From the NCBI GenBank assembly GCA_035632635.1, contig DASQGL010000074.1, positions 4,601 to 68,600 on the forward strand: a DNA stretch of 64,000 nt, written 5' to 3'. The notes below the pieces were generated by a model. That model saw only the letters and a program-made list of their open reading frames with translations, searched no databases and was not told the origin of the DNA. This DNA comes from Candidatus Limnocylindrales bacterium. GTDB taxonomy: Bacteria; Chloroflexota; Dormibacteria; CF-121. The position numbers and the translations under genes were made by a program. Position 1 is the first letter of the stretch; each line of letters starts with the position of its first letter. Of this stretch, positions 27,154 through 35,818 are shown piece after piece.

Positions 27154-28329
27154 TCAGACCGGGAGCGGCTTGAACGCCCGCAGCCGCTCGGCCGCCCGTC
27201 GGAGCGTCTCCATCTTCTTGGGAAAGGAGAAGCGCAGCTGGCGGCGGCCGCGAGCCGGATCCAGGTAGAAGCTGCTGCCCGGTACGGTGGCAAGCCCGAC
27301 TTCGCGGATCATGCGGTGGGCGAGCGCGACGTCGTCCTCCTGGAAGCTGCTGATGTCGGTCATCACGTAGTAGGCGCCGTCCGGTGGGTAGGCGGCAAAG
27401 CCGGCGCCCTGCAGGATCTCCAGCATGAATTCGCGACGCTCGCGATAGGCGGCCAGCAGGTCGACGTAGTACTGGTCCGGAAAGTGCAGGGCCGTCGCCG
27501 CCGCGATCTGCAGGGGATGCGGCGCGCCGACGGTGACGAAGTCGTGGACCTTGCGGATCGCGTTCGTCATGGCCGGCGGCGCGATCGCGTAGGCGAGACG
27601 CCACCCGGTCACGCTGTAGGTCTTGGACAGGCCGCTGATCAAGACCGTGCGCTCCCGCATGCCGGGAAGCGTGGCGAGGGGGACGTGCTCGCCCGCATAG
27701 ACCAGGTGCTCATAGATCTCGTCGGTGATCGCGATCGCGTCGTGCTCCTGGCAGAGGTCGGCGATCAGATGGAGCTCGTCCCGTGAAAAAACCTTGCCGG
27801 TCGGATTGTGCGGCGTGTTCACGATGACCGCCCGGGTGCGCGCGGTGAAGGCCCGGCGAAGCTGGTCGGCGTCGATGGCCCAGCTGGGCGGGCGCAGCGG
27901 GATGATGCGTGGGGTGGCGCCGGCGAGGATGCAGTCCGGTCCGTAGTTCTCATAGAAGGGCTCGAAGACGATCACCTCGTCCCCCGCGTCGACCAGCGCA
28001 AGGATGGTGGAGAGCATCGCCTCGGTGACGCCGCAACAGACCGTCAGCTCCGTTTCCGGATCGACCCGCATCTGACGGAAGCGGTACTGCTTCTCGGCGA
28101 TCGCCTCCCGCATCGGCCGCGCCCCCCAGGTGGTCGCGTACTGGTTGTGGTCGGATCGGATGGCGAGGACGGCCGCCTCCTTCAGCTCGGCCGGAGCCGG
28201 GAAGTCGGGAAACCCCTGCGCCAGGTTGAGGCAATCCGCACCGTGCGTCTCGATGCAGAGCCGCGTCATCTCCCGGATCACCGACTCGGTGAACAGGCTC
28301 GCCTTGTGCGAGTGGAGTGGCCGGGCCAT
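27154..28329 (-). CDS. PLP-dependent class I/II aminotransferase (aspartate/kynurenine aminotransferase-like)
   Basis: It is 391 aa. It has a fold-type I PLP lysine region (SGLSKTYSVTGWRLAY). Confidence 0.8.
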   Translation of the reverse strand: MARPLHSHKASLFTESVIREMTRLCIETHGADCLNLAQGFPDFPAPAELKEAAVLAIRSDHNQYATTWGARPMREAIAEKQYRFRQMRVDPETELTVCCGVTEAMLSTILALVDAGDEVIVFEPFYENYGPDCILAGATPRIIPLRPPSWAIDADQLRRAFTARTRAVIVNTPHNPTGKVFSRDELHLIADLCQEHDAIAITDEIYEHLVYAGEHVPLATLPGMRERTVLISGLSKTYSVTGWRLAYAIAPPAMTNAIRKVHDFVTVGAPHPLQIAAATALHFPDQYYVDLLAAYRERREFMLEILQGAGFAAYPPDGAYYVMTDISSFQEDDVALAHRMIREVGLATVPGSSFYLDPARGRRQLRFSFPKKMETLRRAAERLRAFKPLPV

Positions 28330-28355
28330 GGGCGGACTAACCGTATCATGGGGCC

Positions 28356-29735
28356 GTGCAGGTCCTGGACACCATCCTGGACGCCGTCGGCGGGACGCCG
28401 CTGGTTCGCCTGCACCGCATCACGGCGTCGCTCAGACCGACCGTGCTGGCGAAGGTCGAAAGCCTGAACCCGGGCGGCAGCGTCAAGGATCGCATCGGGC
28501 TGCGCATGATCGAGGATGCGGAGCGCCGCGGCGTGCTCAAGCCGGGTGGCACGATCGTCGAGCCGACCTCGGGGAACACGGGACATGCGCTCGCCATCAC
28601 CGCGGCGATCAAGGGCTACCGGATGATCTTCGTCATGGCGGACAAGCAGTCGCCGGAGAAGATCGCGCTGCTCCGTGCCTACGGTGCCGAGGTCGTCGTC
28701 TGCCCGACCGCCGTACCGCGCGAGTCCCCGGAGAGCTACTACTCGGTCGCCGAGCGGCTCAGCCGCGAGATCCCCGGGGCGTACCAGCCGAACCAGTACT
28801 TCAATCCGGAGAATCCGCGGGCGCACTACGAGACCACCGGTCCGGAGATCTGGGAGCAGACGGACGGCCGGGTGGATGCCGTGGTCGGCGGGCTCGGGAC
28901 CGGCGGGACGATCACCGGCGTCGCGCGGTTCTTGAAGGAGCGCAAGCCGTCCGTGCAGATCATCGGGGCCGACCCCGAGGGCTCGCTCTACTCCGGCGAC
29001 ACCGTGCGCCCGTACAAGGTCGAAGGCATCGGCGAGGACTTCATCCCGGGAACCATCGATCTCGGCCTGATCGACCGCATCATCCGGGTCAGCGACCGGG
29101 ACTCGTTCCTGCTCGCCCGGCGCATCACGCGCGAGGAGGGCATCCTGGTGGGCGGCTCCGCCGGCACGGCGATGAAGGCGGCCCTCGAGGCCGCGGCCGG
29201 CATGGCCGAGGGAGAGCTGCTGGTGGTCATCCTGCCGGACACCGGCCGCAACAACCTGAGCAAGATCTACTCCGACGAGTGGATGCGGCAGAACGGCTTC
29301 CTCGAGCGCTTTCCCCGGCAACGCGTCCAGGACGTGGTCACGATGCGGGGGCGTGAGATCCCCGAGCTGATCACGGTCGCCTCGAACGAGAAGGTCGGAC
29401 GGGCGATCGACAGGCTGCAGGAATACGGGATCTCCCAGATGCCGGTCGTGCAGCCCGACGGCCGGGGCGCCGAGGTCAGCCTGGTGGGAAGCATCCAGGA
29501 ACGCACCCTGCTCGACCGCGTCTATCGCGATCCGGGCCTGATCGAGACCGAGGTGGGAGCCGCCATGGACGGCCCGTTCCCGACCATCAACGCGGGCGCC
29601 CACATCGACGAGGCGTTCAACACGCTGCTCAGCGGCGCGACCGCCGTGGTGGTGGTCGATGAGCGGAAGCCGGTCGGGATCATCACGCGGCTCGACCTCC
29701 TGGAGTTCATGGCGCACGCCCGCAGCTCCCCGTGA
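28356..29735 (+). CDS. cystathionine beta-synthase (PLP domain plus C-terminal CBS pair)
   Basis: It has a PLP-lysine region SLNPGGSVKDR, a tandem CBS domain at the C-terminus, and a GTG start. Confidence 0.85.
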   Translation: MQVLDTILDAVGGTPLVRLHRITASLRPTVLAKVESLNPGGSVKDRIGLRMIEDAERRGVLKPGGTIVEPTSGNTGHALAITAAIKGYRMIFVMADKQSPEKIALLRAYGAEVVVCPTAVPRESPESYYSVAERLSREIPGAYQPNQYFNPENPRAHYETTGPEIWEQTDGRVDAVVGGLGTGGTITGVARFLKERKPSVQIIGADPEGSLYSGDTVRPYKVEGIGEDFIPGTIDLGLIDRIIRVSDRDSFLLARRITREEGILVGGSAGTAMKAALEAAAGMAEGELLVVILPDTGRNNLSKIYSDEWMRQNGFLERFPRQRVQDVVTMRGREIPELITVASNEKVGRAIDRLQEYGISQMPVVQPDGRGAEVSLVGSIQERTLLDRVYRDPGLIETEVGAAMDGPFPTINAGAHIDEAFNTLLSGATAVVVVDERKPVGIITRLDLLEFMAHARSSP

Positions 29736-30889
29736 GCGAGCCCGAGTCCGGTTTCGCCACGCGGGCGATCCACGCCGGGCAGTCCCCGGACCCGTCGACC
29801 GGTGCGGTCGTCGTCCCCATCTACCAGACCTCGACCTATGCCCAGCCGGCGGTCGGCAAGCACCGGGGCTACGAGTATTCGAGGACGGCCAATCCGACCC
29901 GGACGGCGCTCGAGACCTGCCTCGCCGCGCTCGAGGGAGGGCGATTCGGTTTGGCCTTCGCCTCCGGCATGGCGGCGGAAGCGACCACCATGCGCCTGCT
30001 CTCCCCGGGCGATCACACGATCGCGGTCGACGACCTGTACGGGGGCACGTATCGCCTGTTCATGCGCGTGCTCGAGCCCATGGGGCTGGCCTTCAGCTTC
30101 GTCGACGGGTCACGACTCGAGTCGATCGAGAAGGCCTGGACGCCGCAGACCCGGATGGTCTGGATCGAGTCCCCGACGAACCCGCTGCTCAAGGTGGTCG
30201 ACATCCGGGCCATCAGCGACATCGCCCACCGACAGGGTGCCCTCCTCGTGGTCGACAACACGTTCTCGAGCCCATATTTTCAGCGCCCGCTCGCGCTCGG
30301 GGCGGACATCGTCGTCCACAGCGCCACCAAGTACCTGGGCGGTCACAGCGACACGATCGCGGGGGCCCTCGTCGTGGATCGCGAGGACCTGCGCGATCGC
30401 CTGGCCTTCTTCCAGAACGCCGCGGGCGCCGTGCCCGGGCCGATGGACGCCTGGCTCGTCCTGCGCGGGCTGAAGACGCTGGCGCTGCGCATGCAGGAGC
30501 ACGCGCGCAATGCCGCCGGGGTGGCCGAGTACTTGCGCGGGCACGCCCGAGTCGAACGCGTCTACTACCCGGGGCTCAAGGATCACCCGAACCACGCGCT
30601 CGCGCGGCGGCAGATGAGCGGATTCGGCGGGATGGTGTGCTTCGAGGTCACGGGCGGCCTGCCTGCGGCGCGCCGGGTGGTCGAGGCGACCCGGCTCTTC
30701 ACCCTGGCGGAAAGCCTCGGCGGGGTGGAGTCCCTGGTCGAGCTGCCCGCCGCCATGACCCATGCCTCGATCCCTCCCGAGGTGCGTCGGGCGCACGGCG
30801 TCGCGGACGGGCTGATCCGCCTCTCGGTCGGCATCGAGGATCTCGCCGATCTGATCTCGGACCTTGACCGGGCGCTCGCTGAAGCCTGA
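29732..30889 (+). CDS. cystathionine gamma-lyase / gamma-synthase family (Cys/Met metabolism PLP enzyme)
   Basis: A GTG start overlaps the CBS-synthase TGA. It has motifs AIHAGQ..., YSRTANPT and HSATKYLGGHSD. Confidence 0.85.
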   Translation: MSEPESGFATRAIHAGQSPDPSTGAVVVPIYQTSTYAQPAVGKHRGYEYSRTANPTRTALETCLAALEGGRFGLAFASGMAAEATTMRLLSPGDHTIAVDDLYGGTYRLFMRVLEPMGLAFSFVDGSRLESIEKAWTPQTRMVWIESPTNPLLKVVDIRAISDIAHRQGALLVVDNTFSSPYFQRPLALGADIVVHSATKYLGGHSDTIAGALVVDREDLRDRLAFFQNAAGAVPGPMDAWLVLRGLKTLALRMQEHARNAAGVAEYLRGHARVERVYYPGLKDHPNHALARRQMSGFGGMVCFEVTGGLPAARRVVEATRLFTLAESLGGVESLVELPAAMTHASIPPEVRRAHGVADGLIRLSVGIEDLADLISDLDRALAEA

Positions 30890-30913
30890 AGCTCAGGTGC
30901 TAGAGGTGAATGC

Positions 30914-31105
30914 ATGAGAGTGAACGTCAACTTCTCGAACATCCTGGTGGCGATCATCCTGCTCCTGCTGGGCCTGGCCGTCTTCACCCGTCACCGGGTG
31001 GCGTCCTACGTCGTCGGGGGCTTCCTGGCGGTGCTCGCCCTGCTCAGCATCCTGGCCTTCCTGCACATCCTGGTGGTGCAGAGCGGCCCGATCAACATCG
31101 GGTAG
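30914..31105 (+). CDS. hypothetical small membrane protein (2 TM, 63 aa)
   Basis: An SD-like GAGGTGA lies upstream of the ATG. It encodes two hydrophobic helices. Confidence 0.35.
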   Translation: MRVNVNFSNILVAIILLLLGLAVFTRHRVASYVVGGFLAVLALLSILAFLHILVVQSGPINIG

Positions 31106-31286
31106 GCGCCGTGCGCAGGCGCGAGCGACCGCCGGAGCCGGACGAGCCGGTCCCGGGTACGCACGGACCGCCTCGGCCGCCGCTGCCCGAGCCGCCGCGC
31201 CCGCCGCATCCGCCCATTCCCTGAGCCGTCACCGGTCTGTCACGATCGGCCGGCTGAGACCGAAAATGCCTGGGTAGACTCAGATC

Positions 31287-32159
31287 ATGCAGGTCCTCAA
31301 GATCACGCCGCGGGGGTACTGCCACGGCGTGGTCGAAGCGATCCGGGCTGCCAAGCAGACGGCGAAGGAGCGCCCGGGGGAGAAGATCGCGATGCTCGGC
31401 TACCTCGTCCACAACACGCACGTGACGGACGAGCTGCAGCAGCACGGCATCCAGCTGGTCGACGCGGACAACCGGTTGGAGGGACTCGACCAGGTCGCGG
31501 GCGGCACGGTCATCTTCACGGCGCACGGGGTCTCCCCGGCGGTCAAAGAGCGGGCTGCGGCCCGCGGGCTCAGCCTGGTGGACGCAACCTGCTCGGACGT
31601 GGTCGTCACCCACGACCTGGTCAAAGACCTCGCGGAGCGTGGCTACGACATCGTCTATATCGGTCGCCGAGGACATCCAGAGCCGGAAGGCGTGCTGGGG
31701 GAGGCCCCCGGGAGGGTCCATCTCGTCCAGGACCCCCAGGACGTCGATGAGCTGGACATCCGCAACGACAAGATCGCGGTGACCTGCCAGACGACGCTGA
31801 GCATCTGGGACACCGCCGCCATGATCAAGCGGGTTCGCGAGAAGTACCCGCAGACCGAGGCGTACAACGAGATCTGCCGCGCGACCCAGGATCGCCAGGA
31901 GGCGGCGGTCGAGGCCGCTAAAGAGTGTGACGTCGTCATCGTGGTCGGCAGCGAGCGGAGCTCGAACTCGCGCCGGCTCGTCCAGGTGGTCGAGGAGCTC
32001 GGGCACAAGCCCGCGCACCTGGTCGACACCGTCAAAGACATCAAGCTCGAGTGGCTTGAAGGCAAGAAGAAGGTCGGGGTGACCTCGGGCGCCTCGACCC
32101 CGACCCAGCTGACCCGCGAAGTCATCGAATACCTGGAAAAGCTGGACGTGCCCGCCTGA
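31287..32159 (+). CDS. ispH: 4-hydroxy-3-methylbut-2-enyl diphosphate reductase
   Basis: Motifs CHGV, TAHG and VVGSERSSNSRRL...GASTP. A TAGACT -10-like element lies 6 nt from the ATG. Confidence 0.9.
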   Translation: MQVLKITPRGYCHGVVEAIRAAKQTAKERPGEKIAMLGYLVHNTHVTDELQQHGIQLVDADNRLEGLDQVAGGTVIFTAHGVSPAVKERAAARGLSLVDATCSDVVVTHDLVKDLAERGYDIVYIGRRGHPEPEGVLGEAPGRVHLVQDPQDVDELDIRNDKIAVTCQTTLSIWDTAAMIKRVREKYPQTEAYNEICRATQDRQEAAVEAAKECDVVIVVGSERSSNSRRLVQVVEELGHKPAHLVDTVKDIKLEWLEGKKKVGVTSGASTPTQLTREVIEYLEKLDVPA

Positions 32160-32261
32160 CGGCTCCGAAGCGCCGGCCCGTCCCCTCGGGCGTCCCCTGA
32201 CTCCGCGGCGGCGATAGACTCGGCCTGTCTTCCCGTTGCACTCACGACAAGGGGGTTATCG

Positions 32262-32912
32262 ATGCGCTTCTATCCGGACCTGTACGGCCGTCGCTTTGCC
32301 TGGATGCTCGGCGACCTGGTGGCGCTCATCTGGACCGCGCTGTGGGTCGATGCCGGCCATATCGTGGAGCGCCTCTTCAGCCGGCTGGACGTGCTCGCGA
32401 CCGGCGTCATCAACGCTGGGCGCACGTTTGACGGCTGGATTCGCTCCTTCGAGAAAGCCGTGCCGTCCGGCGTGCCCTACCTCTCCGACTTCCTCCGCCA
32501 GGTCGCGAATGCGCTCAAGACCCACTCCGGCGATCCGCTGATCACGGCCGGCCAGACCGGCTACCAGGCGATCCACACGGTCGCTCTCCTGCTCGGGGTC
32601 CTGACCGCCGCCGTCCCGATCGCGATCCTCCTGATCGTCTACCTGCCCCGGCGGATCCGCCTCGTCTACGACATGCAGGGCGTGCACGTCACCCTGCGCC
32701 GGGCGCTCGCCCGGCCCGAGGTCGCCCCGCAGATGCTCGAGATCCTGGCCGGCCGGGCGATCTACACCATGCCCTACCACGAGCTCTTGCGCTACTCGCA
32801 CAACCCGGCGGAGGACTGGTACGCGAGGCGGTTCGACCGCCTGGCGCAGGCCGAGATGGCCCGCCACGGCCTGTCCGTTCAGCGGTATTTCGGCGACCGC
32901 CCGGCGGCCTAG
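32262..32912 (+). CDS. hypothetical membrane protein
   Basis: An SD AAGGGGG lies 6 nt upstream of ATG 32262. Two TM helices are present. I preferred it over the overlapping antisense ORF because of the SD and the hydrophobic helices. Confidence 0.5.
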   Translation: MRFYPDLYGRRFAWMLGDLVALIWTALWVDAGHIVERLFSRLDVLATGVINAGRTFDGWIRSFEKAVPSGVPYLSDFLRQVANALKTHSGDPLITAGQTGYQAIHTVALLLGVLTAAVPIAILLIVYLPRRIRLVYDMQGVHVTLRRALARPEVAPQMLEILAGRAIYTMPYHELLRYSHNPAEDWYARRFDRLAQAEMARHGLSVQRYFGDRPAA

Positions 32913-32959
32913 CGGCCTGGGGGCCTCCCGGGAAAGCAAGAAAGGCCCGACCCGGCCGG

Positions 32960-34315
32960 TTGCTTTCTACTGTGATCAACCGGCCAGACATGCCGGTCGG
33001 GCAGCCGCAGCCATACGCGGTGCAGCCCCCGTCGGCCCCTGCCGCCCCGGACTTCTTTCCCTCGGCCCCGGGCCGGGTGGAGGACTGCGGGCTGCCGGTG
33101 GCGCGCCTGGCCGACCTGTTGCTCAAGCACCTGTACTTCAAATCGCCGCTTTCGGCCAAGGACTGGGCGGCCATGGTCCGGCTACCCTACGCCACCATCG
33201 TCCCGGCGATCCAGAGCCTGGTCGAGCAGGGCTGGGCCCAGACCATCGGGCGGATGGGTCCCGCGGGCAACGGCGCCGAATTCGGGGAGTCGCTCGGATA
33301 CCTGATCAACGACCCGGGGCGGCAGCGCGCCCGGGACGTCCTGACCCGGGACCACTATGTCGGCCCGGCGCCGGTGACCTACGCGCAGTACGAGGAATCC
33401 GTGCGGGCGCAGGTCAGCCAGGTCGACGTGACCGCCGCCTGGCTCACCCGTGCCCTTCAGCATCTCACCCTCAGTCCCGAGATCCTGGTCCAGCTCGGGC
33501 CTCCGATCAACGCCCGCGCGCCGCTCTTCCTCTACGGCGCGCCCGGGAACGGCAAGACGAGCATCGCGGAGGCCTGTGCCGATCTGCTGGGAGCGCCGGT
33601 CTTCATCCCTTACGCGATCGACATCGAGGGCCAGATCATGCGCCTGTACGATCCGCTTCACCACGTCCAGATCAAGCGCGACATGCCGCCTCAGCTGGAC
33701 ACCCGGTGGGTGCTGGTCAAACGACCCTTCGTGAAGGTCGGAGGCGAGCTCACCCTCGCGCAGCTCTCGCCATCCTTCGATGCCCTGATGCGCTACTACG
33801 AAGCCCCCATCCACCTCAAGGCGAACCTGGGCATCTTCCTGCTTGACGACTTCGGCCGCCAGGACGCGCCGCCGCGCTCCCTGCTGAACCGGTTGATCGT
33901 GGCCCTGGAGCGGCGGGTCGACTACCTGAACCTGTCCGGCGCCGGGATGGCCGTGGCCGCGCCGTTCGAGGCCATGGTCGTCTTCAGCACCAACCTGGAG
34001 CCGGCCGATCTCGTGGACGAGGCCTTCCTGCGCCGGGTGCGGTACAAGATCCACGTCCCCGACCCCTCGGCGGAGGAGTTCCGCCAGATCTTCGAGCGGG
34101 CCTGCCGTGAATCCGAGATCGTCTTCAGCGAGGCCGGATACAACTACGTCGTCGACCGCTATTACAAGCCGTTCAAACGGCCGTTTCGTGGCTGCCAGCC
34201 GCGGGACATCCTGCAGCAGCTCGACGAGGCTGCCTACTTCCTGCAGCGCCCGCCGCTGCTGGAAAAGGACCTGATCGACCTGGCCTGCCGTTCCTACTTC
34301 GTCCAGACCGGCTAG
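32960..34315 (+). CDS. AAA+ ATPase with unique ~190-aa N-terminal domain (function unknown)
   Basis: It has a Walker A LYGAPGNGKTS and a Walker B IFLLDDFG. It has a sensor-1 VVFSTN and an Arg-rich FLRRVRYKIHV. The start is ambiguous (TTG 32960, GTG 32972 or ATG 32990). Confidence 0.7.
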   Translation: MLSTVINRPDMPVGQPQPYAVQPPSAPAAPDFFPSAPGRVEDCGLPVARLADLLLKHLYFKSPLSAKDWAAMVRLPYATIVPAIQSLVEQGWAQTIGRMGPAGNGAEFGESLGYLINDPGRQRARDVLTRDHYVGPAPVTYAQYEESVRAQVSQVDVTAAWLTRALQHLTLSPEILVQLGPPINARAPLFLYGAPGNGKTSIAEACADLLGAPVFIPYAIDIEGQIMRLYDPLHHVQIKRDMPPQLDTRWVLVKRPFVKVGGELTLAQLSPSFDALMRYYEAPIHLKANLGIFLLDDFGRQDAPPRSLLNRLIVALERRVDYLNLSGAGMAVAAPFEAMVVFSTNLEPADLVDEAFLRRVRYKIHVPDPSAEEFRQIFERACRESEIVFSEAGYNYVVDRYYKPFKRPFRGCQPRDILQQLDEAAYFLQRPPLLEKDLIDLACRSYFVQTG

Positions 34316-34336
34316 CCCGCGGGCCAGCCCGCGGCG

Positions 34337-34726
34337 TCAGCGGTGATTGTAGAACTCGATCTGCCAGCGCCACTCCGACCGGTCCGCCGCGTGCCACCAG
34401 GCTTTGAGGATGCCGGCCTCACCACCGGGAAGCAGCACCACCCGCCCGATGTCGGCGTCGGCCGGCCACCCGTCCTCCAGGCCGATGGCCTGACCCCGAC
34501 GGGTCAGGTAGCTCATCGGCCCTGGCTCGCCGCGCTTGAGGTTCGAGCCCCTGGCGACCACGTCGCCACGGGCGCCGAAGACCGTGACATCGAGGGAGGC
34601 GGGCGCCGCGTGGACGAGCAGGCGATCCCCCGCATCCTGGGCGTTGATCCGGCACCGCGCGAACGAAAGACCGCTGGCGCCGGGTCCCGGCATCCAGAGA
34701 TCCCAGACCTCGATGGAGCCGTCCAT
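34337..34726 (-). CDS. hypothetical protein (129 aa)
   Basis: The ORF converges on the end of the AAA+ gene. It is probably beta-rich and Trp-rich at its C-terminus (WWHAADRSEWRWQIEFY). No family recognised. Confidence 0.4.
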   Translation of the reverse strand: MDGSIEVWDLWMPGPGASGLSFARCRINAQDAGDRLLVHAAPASLDVTVFGARGDVVARGSNLKRGEPGPMSYLTRRGQAIGLEDGWPADADIGRVVLLPGGEAGILKAWWHAADRSEWRWQIEFYNHR

Positions 34727-34811
34727 TTCCGGATTATGCGCCGCGCAAATGCAAGAACGCCCGGGATTGCTCCCGGGCGCTCCTGCAGGAGGCGAGGCGT
34801 TCGGCGTGGGG

Positions 34812-35117
34812 TCAGGTTCGGATCTGCTTGATCAAGCGATCCTGAGCTTCGAAGATGATGTCCTGGATGTCCAGCGCATTGGCCCCGGACGCGTCCATCC
34901 GGTAGGCGAGCTGCTGGTCGACCGCCTCGACGATCTGCCGCAGCCGCGCCTGCATGTCGAGCGGGACTTCCATCACGTCCGTTTCGAGCAAGCGCTCGAC
35001 TTGCTCCAGCGCCTGGTAGAGCGAGTACCGAAGCGTGCGACGGGCGGACTCTTCCCGGCGCAGCTGGTTGAACCATTGATCCTGCTGGTTGATCATCCGG
35101 AGCGTGTTTCTGAGCAT
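34812..35117 (-). CDS. hypothetical protein (~101 aa, Gln/Glu/Leu-rich)
   Basis: ATG 35117 is preceded by the SD AGGGGGAG (5-nt spacer). Its composition is atypical for GC-artifact ORFs. A near-consensus promoter lies ~150 nt upstream. Confidence 0.45.
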   Translation of the reverse strand: MLRNTLRMINQQDQWFNQLRREESARRTLRYSLYQALEQVERLLETDVMEVPLDMQARLRQIVEAVDQQLAYRMDASGANALDIQDIIFEAQDRLIKQIRT

Positions 35118-35272
35118 CAGTTCTCCCCCTGGCTCACGCAAGCGCGACAACCGTGCGCTCGGCCGGCGTCTGCCGCCGCCGGTAAACCTTTTCGTTCCGG
35201 ATCCTTGGCTGGCAACCTCCCCTAGATGTTGGGCCCGACGCGTTTGTGGGGTACTAGATGTAGATTGGCCGC

Positions 35273-35301
35273 ATTCTATCGCTAGCCTTTGGGCCTGTCA
35301 A
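35273..35301 (-). promoter_or_regulatory. near-consensus sigma70-type promoter (TTGACA-17-TAGAAT) reading toward the hypothetical gene at 35117
   Basis: On the minus strand, TTGACA lies at 35301-35296 and TAGAAT at 35278-35273, with exactly a 17-nt spacer. It sits in an AT-richer intergenic region. Confidence 0.5.
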
Positions 35302-35497
35302 GGCGGACCCGGCGCTCCGCTGCGTCGTCCCCGCTGGAAGAGCCGTCCCTGACGTCGCCTCAAGCAGCAGAGCCATAAAATACGCGGGCCTCTTGAGGTC
35401 GTAAAGCCGGAACATTTGTTGCCCATTCTTTTCCACCGGCGACTAACAGGACGTGCATAACTGCTGTGGAAAAGCAGCGGATATCAGGACCGCGACG

Positions 35498-35818
35498 TCA
35501 TGCGGGGCGCCCTTCGTACTTCGCAAGCGTGTCATCGAGCGCGGTCGAGAGGTCCACCTCGAGGCTGTTCGCGAGCAGAACGACGATGAAAAGGACATCA
35601 CCGAGCTCATCAGCAATCGAGCGCGGCGTGTCCTTCGAGGTGCGTGGCTTGTCACCGAAGCGGTGGTTGAGCTCTCGACCCAGCTCTCCCACTTCTTCGA
35701 CCAGCCGCACGTACTGGGAGAGCGCCGACCAGTAGCGGCCGCGCGACCGGATCCAGGCATCCAGCTCGCGCTGCAGGTCGGAAAGCGTCCGAGGACTAGG
35801 CCGATTGGCGGGGGGCAT
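35498..35818 (-). CDS. MazG-like nucleotide pyrophosphohydrolase domain protein
   Basis: It has EEVGELGRE and DELGDVLF (the EExxE/DxxxD-type MazG helices). Its ATG overlaps the ligD TGA. Confidence 0.7.
   Translation of the reverse strand: MPPANRPSPRTLSDLQRELDAWIRSRGRYWSALSQYVRLVEEVGELGRELNHRFGDKPRTSKDTPRSIADELGDVLFIVVLLANSLEVDLSTALDDTLAKYEGRPA

Noticed and set aside
32256-32939. 227-aa minus-strand ORF overlapping the hypothetical membrane gene
   Set aside because: The plus-strand ORF has an SD (AAGGGGG-N6-ATG) and TM helices. The minus ORF has neither.
35150-35500. tRNA or known riboswitch in the AT-richer intergenic region
   Set aside because: No T-loop (GTTCRANYC) or cloverleaf could be built on either strand. 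No recognisable riboswitch consensus. I annotated only the promoter and direct repeats.
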